In this document: positions 28,501 to 41,157 of the stretch, piece by piece | Position numbering within the stretch: the first letter of the stretch is position 1 | How the letters are laid out: each line of letters starts with the position of its first letter | From: Malacoraja senta | Lineage: Eukaryota | Assembly (NCBI GenBank): GCA_038087875.1 | Contig: CM075994.1 | Location: 558,001 to 622,000 of the forward strand | Reading direction: 5' to 3' | Length of the DNA: 64,000 nucleotides | Notes under the pieces: generated by a model | Database searches by the model: none | Told to the model about the DNA's origin: nothing | The model's input: the letters and a program-made list of their open reading frames with translations, nothing else | Made by a program: the position numbers and the translations under genes

Positions 28501-31500
28501 TCAGCCTCCGTCTACTCACCTGCCCTCCTCCGACCCCAAACACTACCCTTGTCGTGTCTTCACCACCCCCCCTGACCTCCCCCTTTCCGACAGGAAAGAT
28601 CTGTCCTCAGCAGAGGCCTCACTTTTGTTCCCCTCTGCCCCCACCTCAACGAGTTCTGAGTCCATCACGACGTCGCCTCTGCCTCTGTACCTATTTCTAA
28701 GGGAAGAAGTCCTCACCACCCAGTGATGACCCCTTCTCCATTCTCCACTGGTCCCCCTCATCTTGGACTCTATCGGACGGCCCTCTACCCTCTTTAGACC
28801 TTTTTATTTCTAACTGACATCAACCGTGTAAACTTTTCCACACTCTTACCTCAAAAAGATCAGTCTGAAGAAGGGTCTCGACCCGAAATATCACCCATTC
28901 CTTCTCTCCAGAGATGCTGCTGGTCCCGCTGAGTTACTCCAGCATTTTGTGCCTTTCTCCATCATACACTTGTTCTATGCAATAGAACAGATGAATTATG
29001 GTATGTATGTCCACAGATGCCTTCTCTTTTCTGATAAATAAAAGTATTTCTATAAGTAAAAATAATGGCTGAACTAGAGATGTCTCAACCGACTGCGAAC
29101 CGGGGTCGGGCGGTCAAGAGTGTCAATGTACAATGGGGCTACACGAGGGTACAACAACCTGTGATTGTGGCACACAGACCTAGACAATGCAACACCTATT
29201 GCAATGCCCATTGCTGGATAATCCATGTACTGCTCCTTGATGCTCCATCAAGGGTCCACACCATCCTGGCCATACACTCATCTCTCCGCTGCCTTCAGGT
29301 AGAAGGTACAGGAGCCTGAAATCTGCAACATCCAGGTTCAGGAATATCTGCTTCCCCACTGCCAACGGACTATTAAACTCAAATCCAAAAAAATCTGAAC
29401 TTTAATAGCCTATTGCACTTTATCTGCTTATTTATGTGTATATATAACATATTCAATAGTATATGGACACACTGATCTGTTCTGAATTTATGCCTACAAT
29501 ATTCTGTTGTGCTGAAGCAAAGCAAGTATTTCATTGTCCTATCTGGGACACATGACAATAAACTCTCTTGAATCTTGAATCTTGAGACCTTGTACTTAAC
29601 ACTCCAATAGCGCAACAATGTGTACAGCAGTGGCGAGCCACTATATGGCACAAGGACACGAAAGAAGAAGATAAATAAAGTTCTACCATATCGTATTCCT
29701 ACATCCTTTGATTCCCCAACTATTGATCTCTGCTTTTAATGTAATCAACGACTGAAGTTTCACTGCCCAGCGCAATGGAGTACCTCAATGCTTCACCAAG
29801 TTCAGATGAGGGCAGTCCTTCTCATCTCAGAAGGCCAGACCATATCAAGAGACGAGAAAAAGACTGAGCCCAAATGATGAGAGGAAGAAAAGACCGGTCC
29901 TGATAATGGTGGGAAAAGAGAGACTGCAGATGCCGGAATCTTGAACAAAACACAAAGTGCTGGAGGAACTCAATGGGTCAGGCAGCATCTGAGGATGGAA
30001 TGGACAGGAACTATTTTGGGTCAGGTCCCTTCTTCCGACTATAGTCTGGAAGCGTGAAGTGGGGGCAAGGAAAAGAGAGGTGGGGGCAAGGAAAAGAGAG
30101 GTGAGGATATGACAAAACCTGGCATGTTATGGCTCAAAGGTTCACCTACAGCTCAACACCGACAAGACAAAGGGAGAGGTGTCTCAATCAGAGGCTGTGA
30201 TCACATCTCCCAAGTTAAGTCGGTACAGCAGAACATTTGCACCCAAACAATGGTTTAAAAAACTGAGGAAGTAGAAATGTGAGGTAGATTGATGAGTTAA
30301 TTACAGGAATTGCGCCTTACATTGTATATAAGTCACGACTTCTCGGCTCCGCCTGCAACAGAGTGCAAAGGTAAGGATACTTCATATGTTAATAATTTGA
30401 CACTGGATCGCAACTTTTTGCGCCTTTGGGTCCGGGGTACACAGATAAGGAAGTAAATGTGTTTAGTAGCAGATACATGGATAGGACAGGTTTGGAGGGA
30501 TATGGGCCAAGCGCAGGCAGGTTGGACTAGTGTAGCTCGGACATGTTGGCCGGTGTGAGTAAAATGGACCGAAGGGCCTGTCACCACACTGTATCACTCT
30601 CTATACCAACTGGCGGCTTTTGAGTGCCGCATGTGTCGAGGTATGTACGTTGTCAACGGATAATAATTATCGTCCTTTGGACTCCACTAGCAACAGAGTA
30701 CAAAGGTAACATCAATGTTGTTGTTAATGGCGGATCTACGAGAACCCGGATAGAGTGGAACTAACAGTTAGTGTGCTAAGTAATAGATACTGACTGGCGT
30801 CTTTTGGACTCTATGAGCTGATCATCTAAAATCAGTACCCTGTTCCTGCTTTTTTCTTGATCCCTTGATTCCTTTAACGCTAAGAGCTAAATCTAACTCT
30901 CCCTTGAAGAGATATCCAGTGAATTGGCCTCCACTGTCTTCCGTGGCAGAGAATTCCGCATATTCACAACTCTCTGGTAAAACAATATGTTAATGGCAGA
31001 CGCTAGCATTTTATTTCAAAGTATACTTTATTAAAAATATAAATATATACAATACATGAGCGGATAAAAGAGGGGTTCTTACCTAAATCGGAGTGTTTTA
31101 GTGTTATCCAAAAGGTGTTACCTCCATTTTCAAACGAGGTTAGGTTGTAAGCTACCCACGTGAAATACGAGGTGCTGTCCTCCAGTTTTCGCTTGGCCTC
31201 AGTCTGGCAATGGAGGAGCCCCAGAACAGAAACGACAGTGTGGGAATGGGAAGGTGGGGCGGGGGGCGGGGGGGGGGGGGGGGGGGGCGGCAAGCGGCTA
31301 GCAACCACGAGATCCAGCAGGCCTTGGCGGACCGATCTGAAATTGGAAGTGATGAAGGTTAAAAAAAACTGTCCGTTTTAGACTGTTGGTTCACTAGACG
31401 GCAAACAGAGCCGATGTTTGGCCAGATACATAGGGGACATAGACACAGAATGTTGGAGTAAATCAGCGGGGCAGGCAGCATCTCTGGGTTTCGAGACCCT

Positions 31501-32614
31501 TCTTCAGACTGATATCGGGGGAGTGGGCGTTTTGTCGGCAAAATGTTGTCGGTGACATTGAGACTGGTCGGAGATCTGGGAAGGGAGAGGGGTATGGAGA
31601 GGGAGAGAGAAAGCAAGGGCTATTTGAAGTTAAGCGGCAGATCGATTGTCGGAACCTGTAATCCGGGTTGGGTCCGAACTGGAATGTCTGGAACCGGAGT
31701 CGGAATCCACGAGGTAGAAGATGGAGGCGCAGACAAACGCCGAGAAAGCACACGTGGCTGTGATAGCGATTTTGGGTTAAAACATGGTCGTAGAGTGGAG
31801 AGCAGGAAGAATCACAGAGGGGGAGGAGCGGGAGAGGATGTTGCAGATCTCTCTTCAAAGAGAGGAGGAGAACGTCTTCAAAGTAGACATACATTGAAGA
31901 GATTTCGCAATGGAGCAGACGAAATGTGTAGGGAATAACTTTCCTACACATAGGGGAGATTAGTCAGAGGGTAGTTAATCTGTGGAACTCGTTGCCATAG
32001 AGGGCTGTGGAGGCCAAGTCAGTGGATATTTCTAAGGCAGAGATAGACAAATTCTTAATTGAAACGGGTGTCGAGGGTTATGGGGAGAAGGCAGGAAAAT
32101 GGGATTGAATGAATGGCGGAGTCGACTCGATAGGCCGAATGGCCGAATTCTATTCCTACAATTTGTGAATGTGAACTTGTGAGATATAGTGGTGATCCGT
32201 GGTGACCTCTACGTCCCACCCCGTCTCCACGTCTCCCACCTCTCCCCAGCTCCGTCTCTATACCAGTCTCCCCCTACCCTTCTACACACCTTTCTCTATC
32301 GCCATTCTCCCACTTTACACCTACCTCTGTTGCCATCTTCTATACTCCCCTCTCTACACCTACTTCCCCTCAGCTTCACAACAAGATTCCAGAAATAGGG
32401 AACAGCACACAGTTTCCACACATCCTAATTAATAGCGAAAGCGTCATTCCCATTCCCACTGACCTTTCTGACCTTTCTGACCTGGGCCTCCCCCGTTGCC
32501 AGAAGGAGGCAAACTGGAGGAACAGCACCTCATATTCCACCTACAAGAATGAGGTAGATTTAGCTCTTAGGGCAAATGTAATCAAGGGATTACATTTGTG
32601 ATTGTGATTGAGGC

Positions 32615-33140
32615 AGCCTTGTGATTAAAGCAGTGCAGCGTAGGTTCACGAGATTGATCGCTGGGATGGCGGGACTGTCATATGAGGAAAGATTGAAAAG
32701 ACTAGGCTTGTATTCACTGGAGTTTAGGATGAGGGGGGGGGGTCTTATAGAAACATATAAAATTATAAAAGGACTGGACAAGCTAGATGCAGGAAAAATG
32801 TTCCCAATGTTGGGCGAGTCCAGAACCAGGGGCCACAGTCTAAAAGGGGAGGTCATTTAAGAATGAGGTGAGAAAAAACCTTTTCACCCAGAGAGTTGTG
32901 AATTTATGGAATTCCCTGCCACAGAGGGCAATGGAGGCCAAATCACTGGATGGATTGAAGAGAGAGTTAGATAGAGTTCTAGGGGCTAGTGGAGTCAAGG
33001 GATATGGGGAAAAGGCAGGGACGGGTTATTGATAGGGAACGATCAGCCACGATCACATTGAATGGTGGTGCTGGCTCGAAGGGCCGAATGGCCTACACAT
33101 ACACCTATTTTTCTATGTTTCTATGTTTTTATGTTTCTAG
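32615..33140 (+). mobile_element. CR1 LINE 3' fragment
   Basis: AVQRRFTRLIAGMAGLSYEERL...RTRGHSL plus 3' UTR and a (TTCTATGT)n tail. Confidence 0.9.
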
Positions 33141-33832
33141 GGCACCAGTGTGAGACTAAATGACGTTTAATTTAAAGATGCAGAGTGGCACAATTAGCTT
33201 TTAACAGCAGAAGCATCAATGCACACGGGTCAGTTGGTTTAAATGCACAAGGATAGTCGAGCGAATAGAATCTACAATGACATCCACGTGCTGGAAATCT
33301 TAAAACATATCTTCGATTAGAATGCCCTATAGTCCGACACACACTTTGGTAAGGAAATATTTACAACTGGAAATGATGAAGGTAAATACTGTTGTGAATC
33401 TGTGAAATTCTCTGCCACAGAAGGCAGTGGAGGCCAATTCACTGGATTGTGTTCAAGAGAGAGTTGGATACAGCACTGCATTAACGGAATCAAGGGATAT
33501 GGGAAGGAAACAGGAACGGGGCACTGATTCTGGATGCCCAACCATGATCATATTGAATGGCGGTGCTGGCTCGAAGGGCCGAATGGCCTTTCCCCTATAT
33601 TTCTATGTTCCGCGCTCGATAATTGGTCACCATAGCCCCTGCTACATTGGCTGACAACCCTCAGATACACACCGGGGGCGTTTACCAATGAAGTAATTTT
33701 GATTGGAACTTGCATTCAGCGCTTTTAAAACGAATTCTTAACTTCTACTTGAAATATCCTATTGTTTTATTGGAGTATATGCGAAATACTTTCGGTGCTC
33801 GCCACGTTTGTTCTCACTCGGAGTCGTTCATC

Positions 33833-34219
33833 ACGCGTGGAACTCGGTTACTACTCACCGTTCAGCGGGTCACCGTGAGATCAGGGCGACCCGGAGCCGA
33901 ACATGGGCCGCTCAGTAAATTTCCGCAAAATCATATCCAGTTTATTTTCAATCGGCTCGTTATTTTCTCTCTTTTTCTTTGGTAAGTGTTTTTTTAAATA
34001 AATTAATTGTCTGTTCAGGATCATTTAGTTCTCCGTGACGCGTGAAACTCGGTTACTTCTCGCCTGTTCAGCGGGTCACCGTAATCCCAGGGCGACGCGG
34101 AGCCGAACATGGGCCGTCCAGTAGATCTCCGCAAAATCAGTTTCCTTTCAATCGGCTCGTTGCTTCGGGAAGTGTTTTTTTCAATTATTTGTCTGTTCAG
34201 GATCATTTAGTTCTCCGTG
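33833..34219 (+). repeat. Tandem duplication of the 5'UTR/leader-exon region (33833-34037 and 34038-34219); second copy disabled
   Basis: Both copies run ACGCGTG..AACTCGGTTACT...GGAGCCGAACATGGGCCG...TGTCTGTTCAGGATCATTTAGTTCTCCGTG. Copy 2 (ATG at 34109) has lost most hydrophobic codons and its donor reads GGGAAGT instead of GGTAAGT. Confidence 0.85.
33903..33981 (+). CDS. Exon 1 (signal peptide) of an IgSF cell-surface receptor: MGRSVNFRKIISSLFSIGSLFSLFFF
   Basis: The ATG is in a good Kozak context (AACATGG). It encodes a basic N-region and a hydrophobic core. The exon is 79 nt and ends in phase 1 at a perfect G|GTAAGT donor, in frame with the downstream Ig exons (G|CC = Ala). It sits in non-repetitive, CpG-rich DNA. 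Confidence 0.75.
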
Positions 34220-35304
34220 ATAGAGAGTATTGAAGATAGAGCAAAAACAAATATTTCCTTTATCATCCTTACTTTTTTGCAAATATTCATTGTTCTTTAT
34301 CTCTCCATATCGCCGTCCATATCTCTCGTTTCCCTTACCTCGCACCAGTCTGAAGAAGGGTCTCGACCCGTAACGTCACCCATTCCTTCTCTCCAGGGAT
34401 GCTACCTGTCCCGCTGAGTTACTTCAGCTTTTTGTGTCTATCTTCGAAAAAAAAAACCGAACACAGCAGCATCTTTAGTTTTGAGATACAGCACGGAAGC
34501 AGGCCCTTCGGTCCACCGAGTCCACGCCGACCGGTGATCACCCCGTTCACACGCCAGTTGTATATTGTCCCACTTTCTCATCCACTCCCTTCACACTGGA
34601 GGCAATTTATATCCGCGCGTCTTTGGGATGTGGGAGGAAACCGGAACACCCGGAGGAAACCCACGCGGTCACGGGGAGAAGGTGCAGCACCCGCGGTCAG
34701 GATCGAACTCGGGTCTCTGGCGCTGTGAGGCAGCAACTGTGCCCGCTGTACCACCGTGCCGCTCTATTTAGGGAGATGGACAGGCTACGTTTCGGGTTGA
34801 ACCCACATCTCATCTGTCCATTCCCTCCACAAATGCTGCCCGACCTGTTGAGTTCCTCCAACACTTTGTTTCTGCTCAAGATTCCAACATCTCGTGTATC
34901 CATTCAAGGTCGATAGATTGAGGAGTGTTGAAGGAATCGAGGGATATGGATTCAGGGCGGGGATGTGGCGCTGCAGGAGATAATTGTTTAGAGATACAAC
35001 GTAGAAACAGGCCCTTCCGTGCCGACCTCGCACACTAACACTATCCGACACACACCAGGGACAATTTACATTTACACCGTCAATTAACCTGCAAGCCTAC
35101 AGGTCTTTGTACGTCTCTAGCGTGTGGGGGGGGGGGGGGGGGGGGGGGGGGACCGAAGATCTCGGAGAAACCCCACGCAGGCCACGGGGGGAACGTACAA
35201 CAGACAGCACCGGTAGTCGGGATCGAACACGGATCTCTGGCCGTACCGCTGCGCCACCCGATGATTCTTATTTGGTTGCGGGCCGTGAATGATGGGGCGA
35301 ATGG

Positions 35305-36250
35305 CAATAGACAATAGACAATAGACAATCGAGAACAGACAATAGACAATAGACAATAGACAATAGACAATAGACAATAGACAATAGACAATCGACAATC
35401 GACAATAGACAATAGACAATAGACAATAGACAATAGACAATAGACAATAGACAATAGACAATAGACAATAGACAATAGACAATTGGTGCAGGAGTAGGCC
35501 ATTCGGCCCTTCGAGCCAGCAGCGCCATTCAATGTGATCATGGCTGATCATCCACATTCAATACCCCGTTCCTGCCTTCTCCCCATATCCCCTGACTCCG
35601 CTATCTTTAAGAGCCCTATCTAGCTCTCTCTTGAAAGTATCCAGAGAACCGGCCTCCACCGCCCTCTGAGACAGAGAATTCCGCACTCATAACTGTGAGA
35701 AAAAGTGTTTCCTCGTCTCCGTTTTAAATGGCTTACCCCTTATTCTTAAACTGTGGCCCCTGGTTCTGGAGTCCCCCGACATCGGGAACATGTTTCCTGC
35801 CTCTAGTGTGTCCAAGCCCTTAACAATCTTATATGTTCCAATAAGATCCCCCCCTCATCCTTCTAAACTCCAGATTGTACAAGCCCAGCCGCTCCATTCT
35901 CTCAGCATATGACAGTCCCGCCATCCCGCGGATTAACCTTGTAAACCTACGCTGCACTCCCTCAATAGCAAGAATGTCCTTCCTCAAATTAAGGGACCAA
36001 AACTGCACACAATACTCCAGGTTTGGTCTCACTAGGGCCCTGAACAACTGCAGAAGGACCTCTTTGCTCCTATACTCGACCTTGTTATAAAGGCAAACAT
36101 GCCATACGCTTTCTTCACTGCCTGCTGTACATGCATGCTTACTTTCATAGACTGATGAACAAGGACCCACAGATCCCGTTGTACTTCCCCTTTACCCAAC
36201 TTGATGCCATTTAGATAGTAAATTACCTTCCTGATTTTGATACCAAAGTG
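35305..36250 (-). mobile_element. CR1 LINE 3' fragment with an expanded (CTATTGT)n tail (35305-35482)
   Basis: YRSKEVLLQLFRALVRPNLEYCVQFWS on the minus strand. A 7-bp tandem array of about 25 units abuts the 3' UTR end. Confidence 0.9.
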
Positions 36251-38499
36251 GAATGGCTTCCTTCTACATCTTGGCGTGATCGCCTCAAAAGAAAACACTA
36301 CATGTTTCATTTTCCAGCTTGCTCCTTATATCCGTGATCCGTGGAACAGATTCAGGGCTCGTTACACGACACGTACGGACACCGAGATCTTCGAGCGTAA
36401 CGCGGATAATGAAATGATTATCCACCGCAAAGGCTTATACAGTAGCGTCTTAGTTTAGTTTAGTTTATTTATTATTGTCGCGTGGACCGAGATACAGTGA
36501 AAATCTTTTGCTTCGTGCTATGCAGTCAGCAGAAAGACAATACACGGTTACAATCGATTCGTTTACAGTGTGCAGATACATGATAAGGAAATAACGTTTA
36601 GTGCAAAGTAAAGCCAGCAAAATCCATTCAACCGATAGTCCGAGGGTCACCAATGAGGTAGATAGCAGTTCAGGACTGCACTGCGGTGTTGAAAGGACGA
36701 TTCAGCTGCCAGATAACAGCTGGGAAGAAACTATCCCTGAATCTGGAGGTGTGCGTTTTCACACTTCTGTACCTTTTGTCTGATGGGAGAGGGGAGAAGA
36801 TTTAGGGCAGAGGTTTAAGGTGAGAGGGGATAGATGTGATGAACCGTGAGGGCCACATCTTCACACAGAGGGCGGTGAGCTGCCAGAAAGAATGGCTGTC
36901 ACTGATATAATAACAACATTTATACCCGTTGGGTAGACGTCAGCAGAAAGACAATACACGGTTGCAATCGATTCATTTACAAAGTACAGATACATGATAA
37001 AGGGAATAACGTTTAGTGCAAGGTAAATCCAGCAAAGTCCAATCAAAGTCCGAGGGTCACAAAAGATGTAGATAGTAGTTCAGCACTGCTTTCTGGTTGT
37101 GGTATGGTGATTCTGTTGCCTGATAACATATATTCAAAATAACATAATAAATATGTTTTAATTTTAATATTAGTTGCACCCATTCAATACCAATTTAAAT
37201 GCACGCTAGTGTGCTTTATCCAAACTGGGTGGGAGTCTGAAGAAGGGTCCTGACCCGAAACGTCGCATGTCCATTCCCCTCCACAGATACTGCCTGACTC
37301 GTTGAGTTACTCCAGCGCTTTGTGTTTTACTCAAGCCTTTGGCGATTGTTGTTACAGCGCGGAAACAGGCCCTTCAGCTCACAGAACCCGCGCCGAAGGG
37401 CCTGTTTCCCGCAGAATAGTACTAATCTCCACAACCGGGGACAATTTACAATTTTGCAGAAGCTAATTAACCTTGCAAACTTGTACGTCTTTGGAGTGCG
37501 GGAGGAAACCAGGAATCCCGGAGAAAATCCACGCGGCCACGGGGAGAACGTATAAACTCGGTACAGACAACGCCCGTCGTCAGGATCGAACCCGGGTCTC
37601 TAACGCTGTGAGGCAGCAAACCTTCCGCTGCGCCACTGTGTTCCGAATTAGCTTTAGCGCAGAGCGGAGTTTAATCTGCATTCGAGATCCCACAATCTGT
37701 TTTCTATGTAGACACTTTCAAAATAAAGTAATTCCGCTTAAATGCATGTTGGTCAATCGGCGCAGTCTCGTGCGGGAACGAGCACCAAGTCCCCATCTTA
37801 ACATTGGCGCTCTGTACACAATAAATGCGCTATCATTAGTAGCTTATAGAGTCAGCTTAACTGTGAATGTGTAGATGAACCGCACGACGAATGTAAAGAA
37901 CCATGTTTTTGTTTAGATTAGTTTCGCTTTAGTTCGGTGATCCAGCATGGAAACTGACCCTTCGACCCATCGAGCCCACAAACATCGATCACCTGTCGAC
38001 CCCAGTTCTATTTATCCCACTTTCTCATCCACTCCTTACACACTAGTGACAATTTACAGAGAGGTCAAGGAAACTACAAACCCGCACGTCTTTGGGATGT
38101 GGGAAGTAACCGGATTACCCGGAGGAAACCCACGCGATCACAGGGAGATCGAGAAAACTCCACACACACACAGCTCGCGAGGTCAGGATCGAACCTCTGC
38201 AGGTCTTTGGTTCTGTAAGGCGGCTGCTCTACCACTGTGCCACTGCGCCGCCCTTTTCTTTCTCTTGTGCTTGTTTATAGTTATTTTTTAAAAATATTTT
38301 AAAAAGTTTATTTCTGAAATTTAAAAAAATAATCCCGCTGATATTTGCGGTGTTTCCTGGGAACTCAGCAATCACGATTGTGCGACGTGTTATTAGTAGA
38401 TGCCCTTGGTATTGTTATTTCAACAGGTTACTTGAAATAACAGTGTCAGCCTGGCCAATAGCGACTATGCCCAGCGTGTCGGAGCGACAGGGGTGCGTT

Positions 38500-39075
38500 T
38501 ATAAAATATAGAAACAAAAAAATTTTGCAAGAAGGCTCCAATACCAACTATAAATATGTGGATTTCAAATATGTTTTGAAACATTACACCTAGAAGAGAT
38601 AAGACTCCTCCTAGCAGGTAAACCAGATCATTTCCACCTGACGTGGTCTGCATTTATAGAATTATTACAAAAATAGGGTGCAAAAGTACTTTAAAAAAAA
38701 AAATTGAGGTCAGGTAAGGGGGGATGATAGTTGGTATGTCCCATTTAATGTCCCATTTACGTAATGCTCAAAAAATATTTGTTTCTCTCTTTTTCCTCTT
38801 TCTCTTTCTCTTTCTTTTCTAGGGCCTATTTCTTAACTCTTTTTCTTTTGTTTTTAATTTTGCTCTTATAGTGTCTCTGTCCTTTCTTGTTGTCACATTT
38901 TCTACACTTTCACTTTTTCCTTCACTTTCTTCTTTCTTTCAATCTTTTCCTTTTCTAGTGTAAAAAATAAATGGAGTACATTAATTGTAAGAAGATATAA
39001 ATGACGAGTACTAATGTATGCGGTTGTAATGTAATGTACTTCTAATAAATAAAAATTAAAAAAAAGAAACAATAA
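38500..39075 (+). mobile_element. L1/Tx1-clade LINE 3' end
   Basis: Encodes APIPTINMWISNMF..TLHLEEIRLLLAGKPDHF, then a pyrimidine-rich UTR and AATAAATAAAAATTAAAAAAAA end. Homologous to 24850-25510. Confidence 0.6.
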
Positions 39076-40297
39076 AAAACAACACAGATGCTGGTTTATA
39101 CCAAAGATAGACACAAAGTGCTGGATTAACTCAGCGGGCCAGGCAGCATCTCTGGAGAACATGGACAGGTGACGTTTCGGGTCGGGACTATCTTCAGACC
39201 CTTCTTCGGAAGTAATGGTCCCGATCCGAATCCATACCTATCATTTTCCTCCAGAGATGCTGCCGGGCCGACTGAGTTCCTGGAAAACTTTGTGTCTACG
39301 TTTGCAAAATGCACGGCTTTGGAGAAAGAGATGGCGTGTCTGATGGTGTGGGACGTTGAGAGGGCCAGCATGGGAGCGACGGGCCGAAGGGTTTCTCGCG
39401 CTGTTGCATTCTTTGGTTGTGCATTTGTTCTTGTTTGTTGTTGCCGTTGTTTCTGTTGTGAAGATTTTGAGGTGAGCTTGCATTTGGAGAGTTATGATCA
39501 GACCAGTGTGAACTTGTTCTGAGAAAGTCTAGAAACACTAGACACCGTAGAAGATGGTACGCTGAGCAAACTAATAAACTGTTGGAAGAACTCAGCGGGT
39601 CAGGCAGCATCGGGGGGGAGGTGTGGACAGATGTTATGCACCAGTACTCTCCTTCCAAACCTTGAAGAAGTGCCCCGACCAGGAGACGTCGCCTGTCCAT
39701 TCCCCTCCACATATAGACACGAGAAGATGGAGTAACTCAGCGGGACAGGCAGAATCTCCGGAGAAAAGATGGGTGACGTTTCGGGTCGATACCCTTCTTC
39801 AGGCTGAGAGTCAGGGGAGAGGCGAGACACAGAGATATGGAACGGTGGGGAGTGAAAGCGAGATATCAAAGGGAGTGAGGGTCAAGGAAAATATAGCAGA
39901 GATTGTTGTTAGCTGACGGGGAAAGTGACAACGAAGCAAACGGAGATACAATCTAATCAGGGAGATAGTCAGAGAGGGAAAGCAAGGGTTACTTGAAGTT
40001 AGATAAGTCAATATTCATATCGTTGGATGTGTAAGCGTCCCAATGATCTTATAGAAACAGACGGGATCTTATAGAAACAGACGGGATCTTATAGAAACAG
40101 AGGGGATCTTTTAGAAACATACATAATTCTTACAGGATAGGACAGGGTAGATGCAGGAAAAGTGTTCCCTATGTTGCAGGAGTCCAGAACCAGGGGTCAC
40201 AGATTAATTAAATGGCGGTGCTGACCTGAAGGGCCGAATGTCCTCCTCCGACACCTATTTTCTAAGTTTCTATGACCCTTTATCTGTGATGTTGCAG

Positions 40298-40477
40298 CCT
40301 CAGAAAGCAGCGTCACCGTGAGCGTCCGTGAGAGAGAAGTGAGCGGTACCATCGGCCACTCGGCCCTTCTCGCCAGCTGCTACTCCACACCTGACCTCTG
40401 CTCCCAACTGACATTAGTGTGGCGTTTCCACTACAGCACAACTCCGCTTGTGACACTGAGCCGATCAAACTGCTCTC
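40298..40477 (+). pseudogene. Truncated Ig half-exon A1 (strands A-C only)
   Basis: TGTTGCAG| acceptor, then ASESSVTVSVREREVSGTIGHSALLASCYSTPDLCSQLTLVWRFHYSTTPLVTLSRSNCS, breaking into a C/T-rich tract. No in-phase donor was seen. Confidence 0.75.
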
Positions 40478-40728
40478 ACCCCCTCCCACCCTCTCCCCCC
40501 CTCTCCTCCCCACTCATCCTCCCTCTCCCTTTCCCCTGCCATTCCCACTCCCACTCCAATCCCCCACCCTCACCTTCGCCGCAGCCTGGGTCAGTGTTGT
40601 GTTGTCGAGTGGCCTCCAGCTCCCCCCATCGCAGATGCTGCCTGACATCACGGTCACACGGGGACGACCGTGTCCCGGGGCTGGGATTGTAACCGAGACC
40701 CGTTGATCCTTTACCTGTTGTGTTGCAG

Positions 40729-41157
40729 CCTCGGGAAGCAGAGTCTCCGTGAGCATCCGTGAGAGTGAAGTGAACGGGACCGTCGGCCGCTCGGCCCTTC
40801 TCGCCAGCTGCTACTCTACCGACCCCTGCTCCCAGCTAACATTAGTGTGGGGTTTGCACAACGCCACACCTCCGCTTGTGAGACTGAGACGATCAAACTG
40901 CTCTTCGCTTGTGAGACTGAGCCGATTAGACTGCCCTCCACAACCTGACCGACCCGGTTGTAACTGTTCAGTTCGCTGGACGACCAGTCCTTCCCACACG
41001 GGCCGAGTCCAACTCTACCCCGAGAATGGGTCCCTGTTACTGCGGGATTTACGGCGCAGTGATAGCGGAGTGTACGAGATATCGGTTTACAGCGGCGGAA
41101 ACAGCGCTGTTAAAGACAACGTGACATTAACGGTCCACAATTACCACACTGGGACAG
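40729..41157 (+). CDS. IgV-like exon B1 (HEPACAM/CEACAM/CD2-type N-domain)
   Basis: Acceptor TGTTGCAG| and donor ACAG|GTAGGA; 429 nt, phase 1-1, open. Motifs GTVGRSALL, C-strand W, GRVQLYPENGSLLLRDLRRSDSGVYEISV and VTLTV closely recall the HEPACAM V domain (GTVGKSALL...ENGSLLL...DEGTYEVEI...INLTV). Confidence 0.85.

Noticed and set aside
35305..35482. Regular repeat array as CRISPR or a coding repeat (LSIVYC)n
   Set aside because: It is a 7-bp tandem repeat with no spacers and is the expanded 3' tail of the adjacent CR1.
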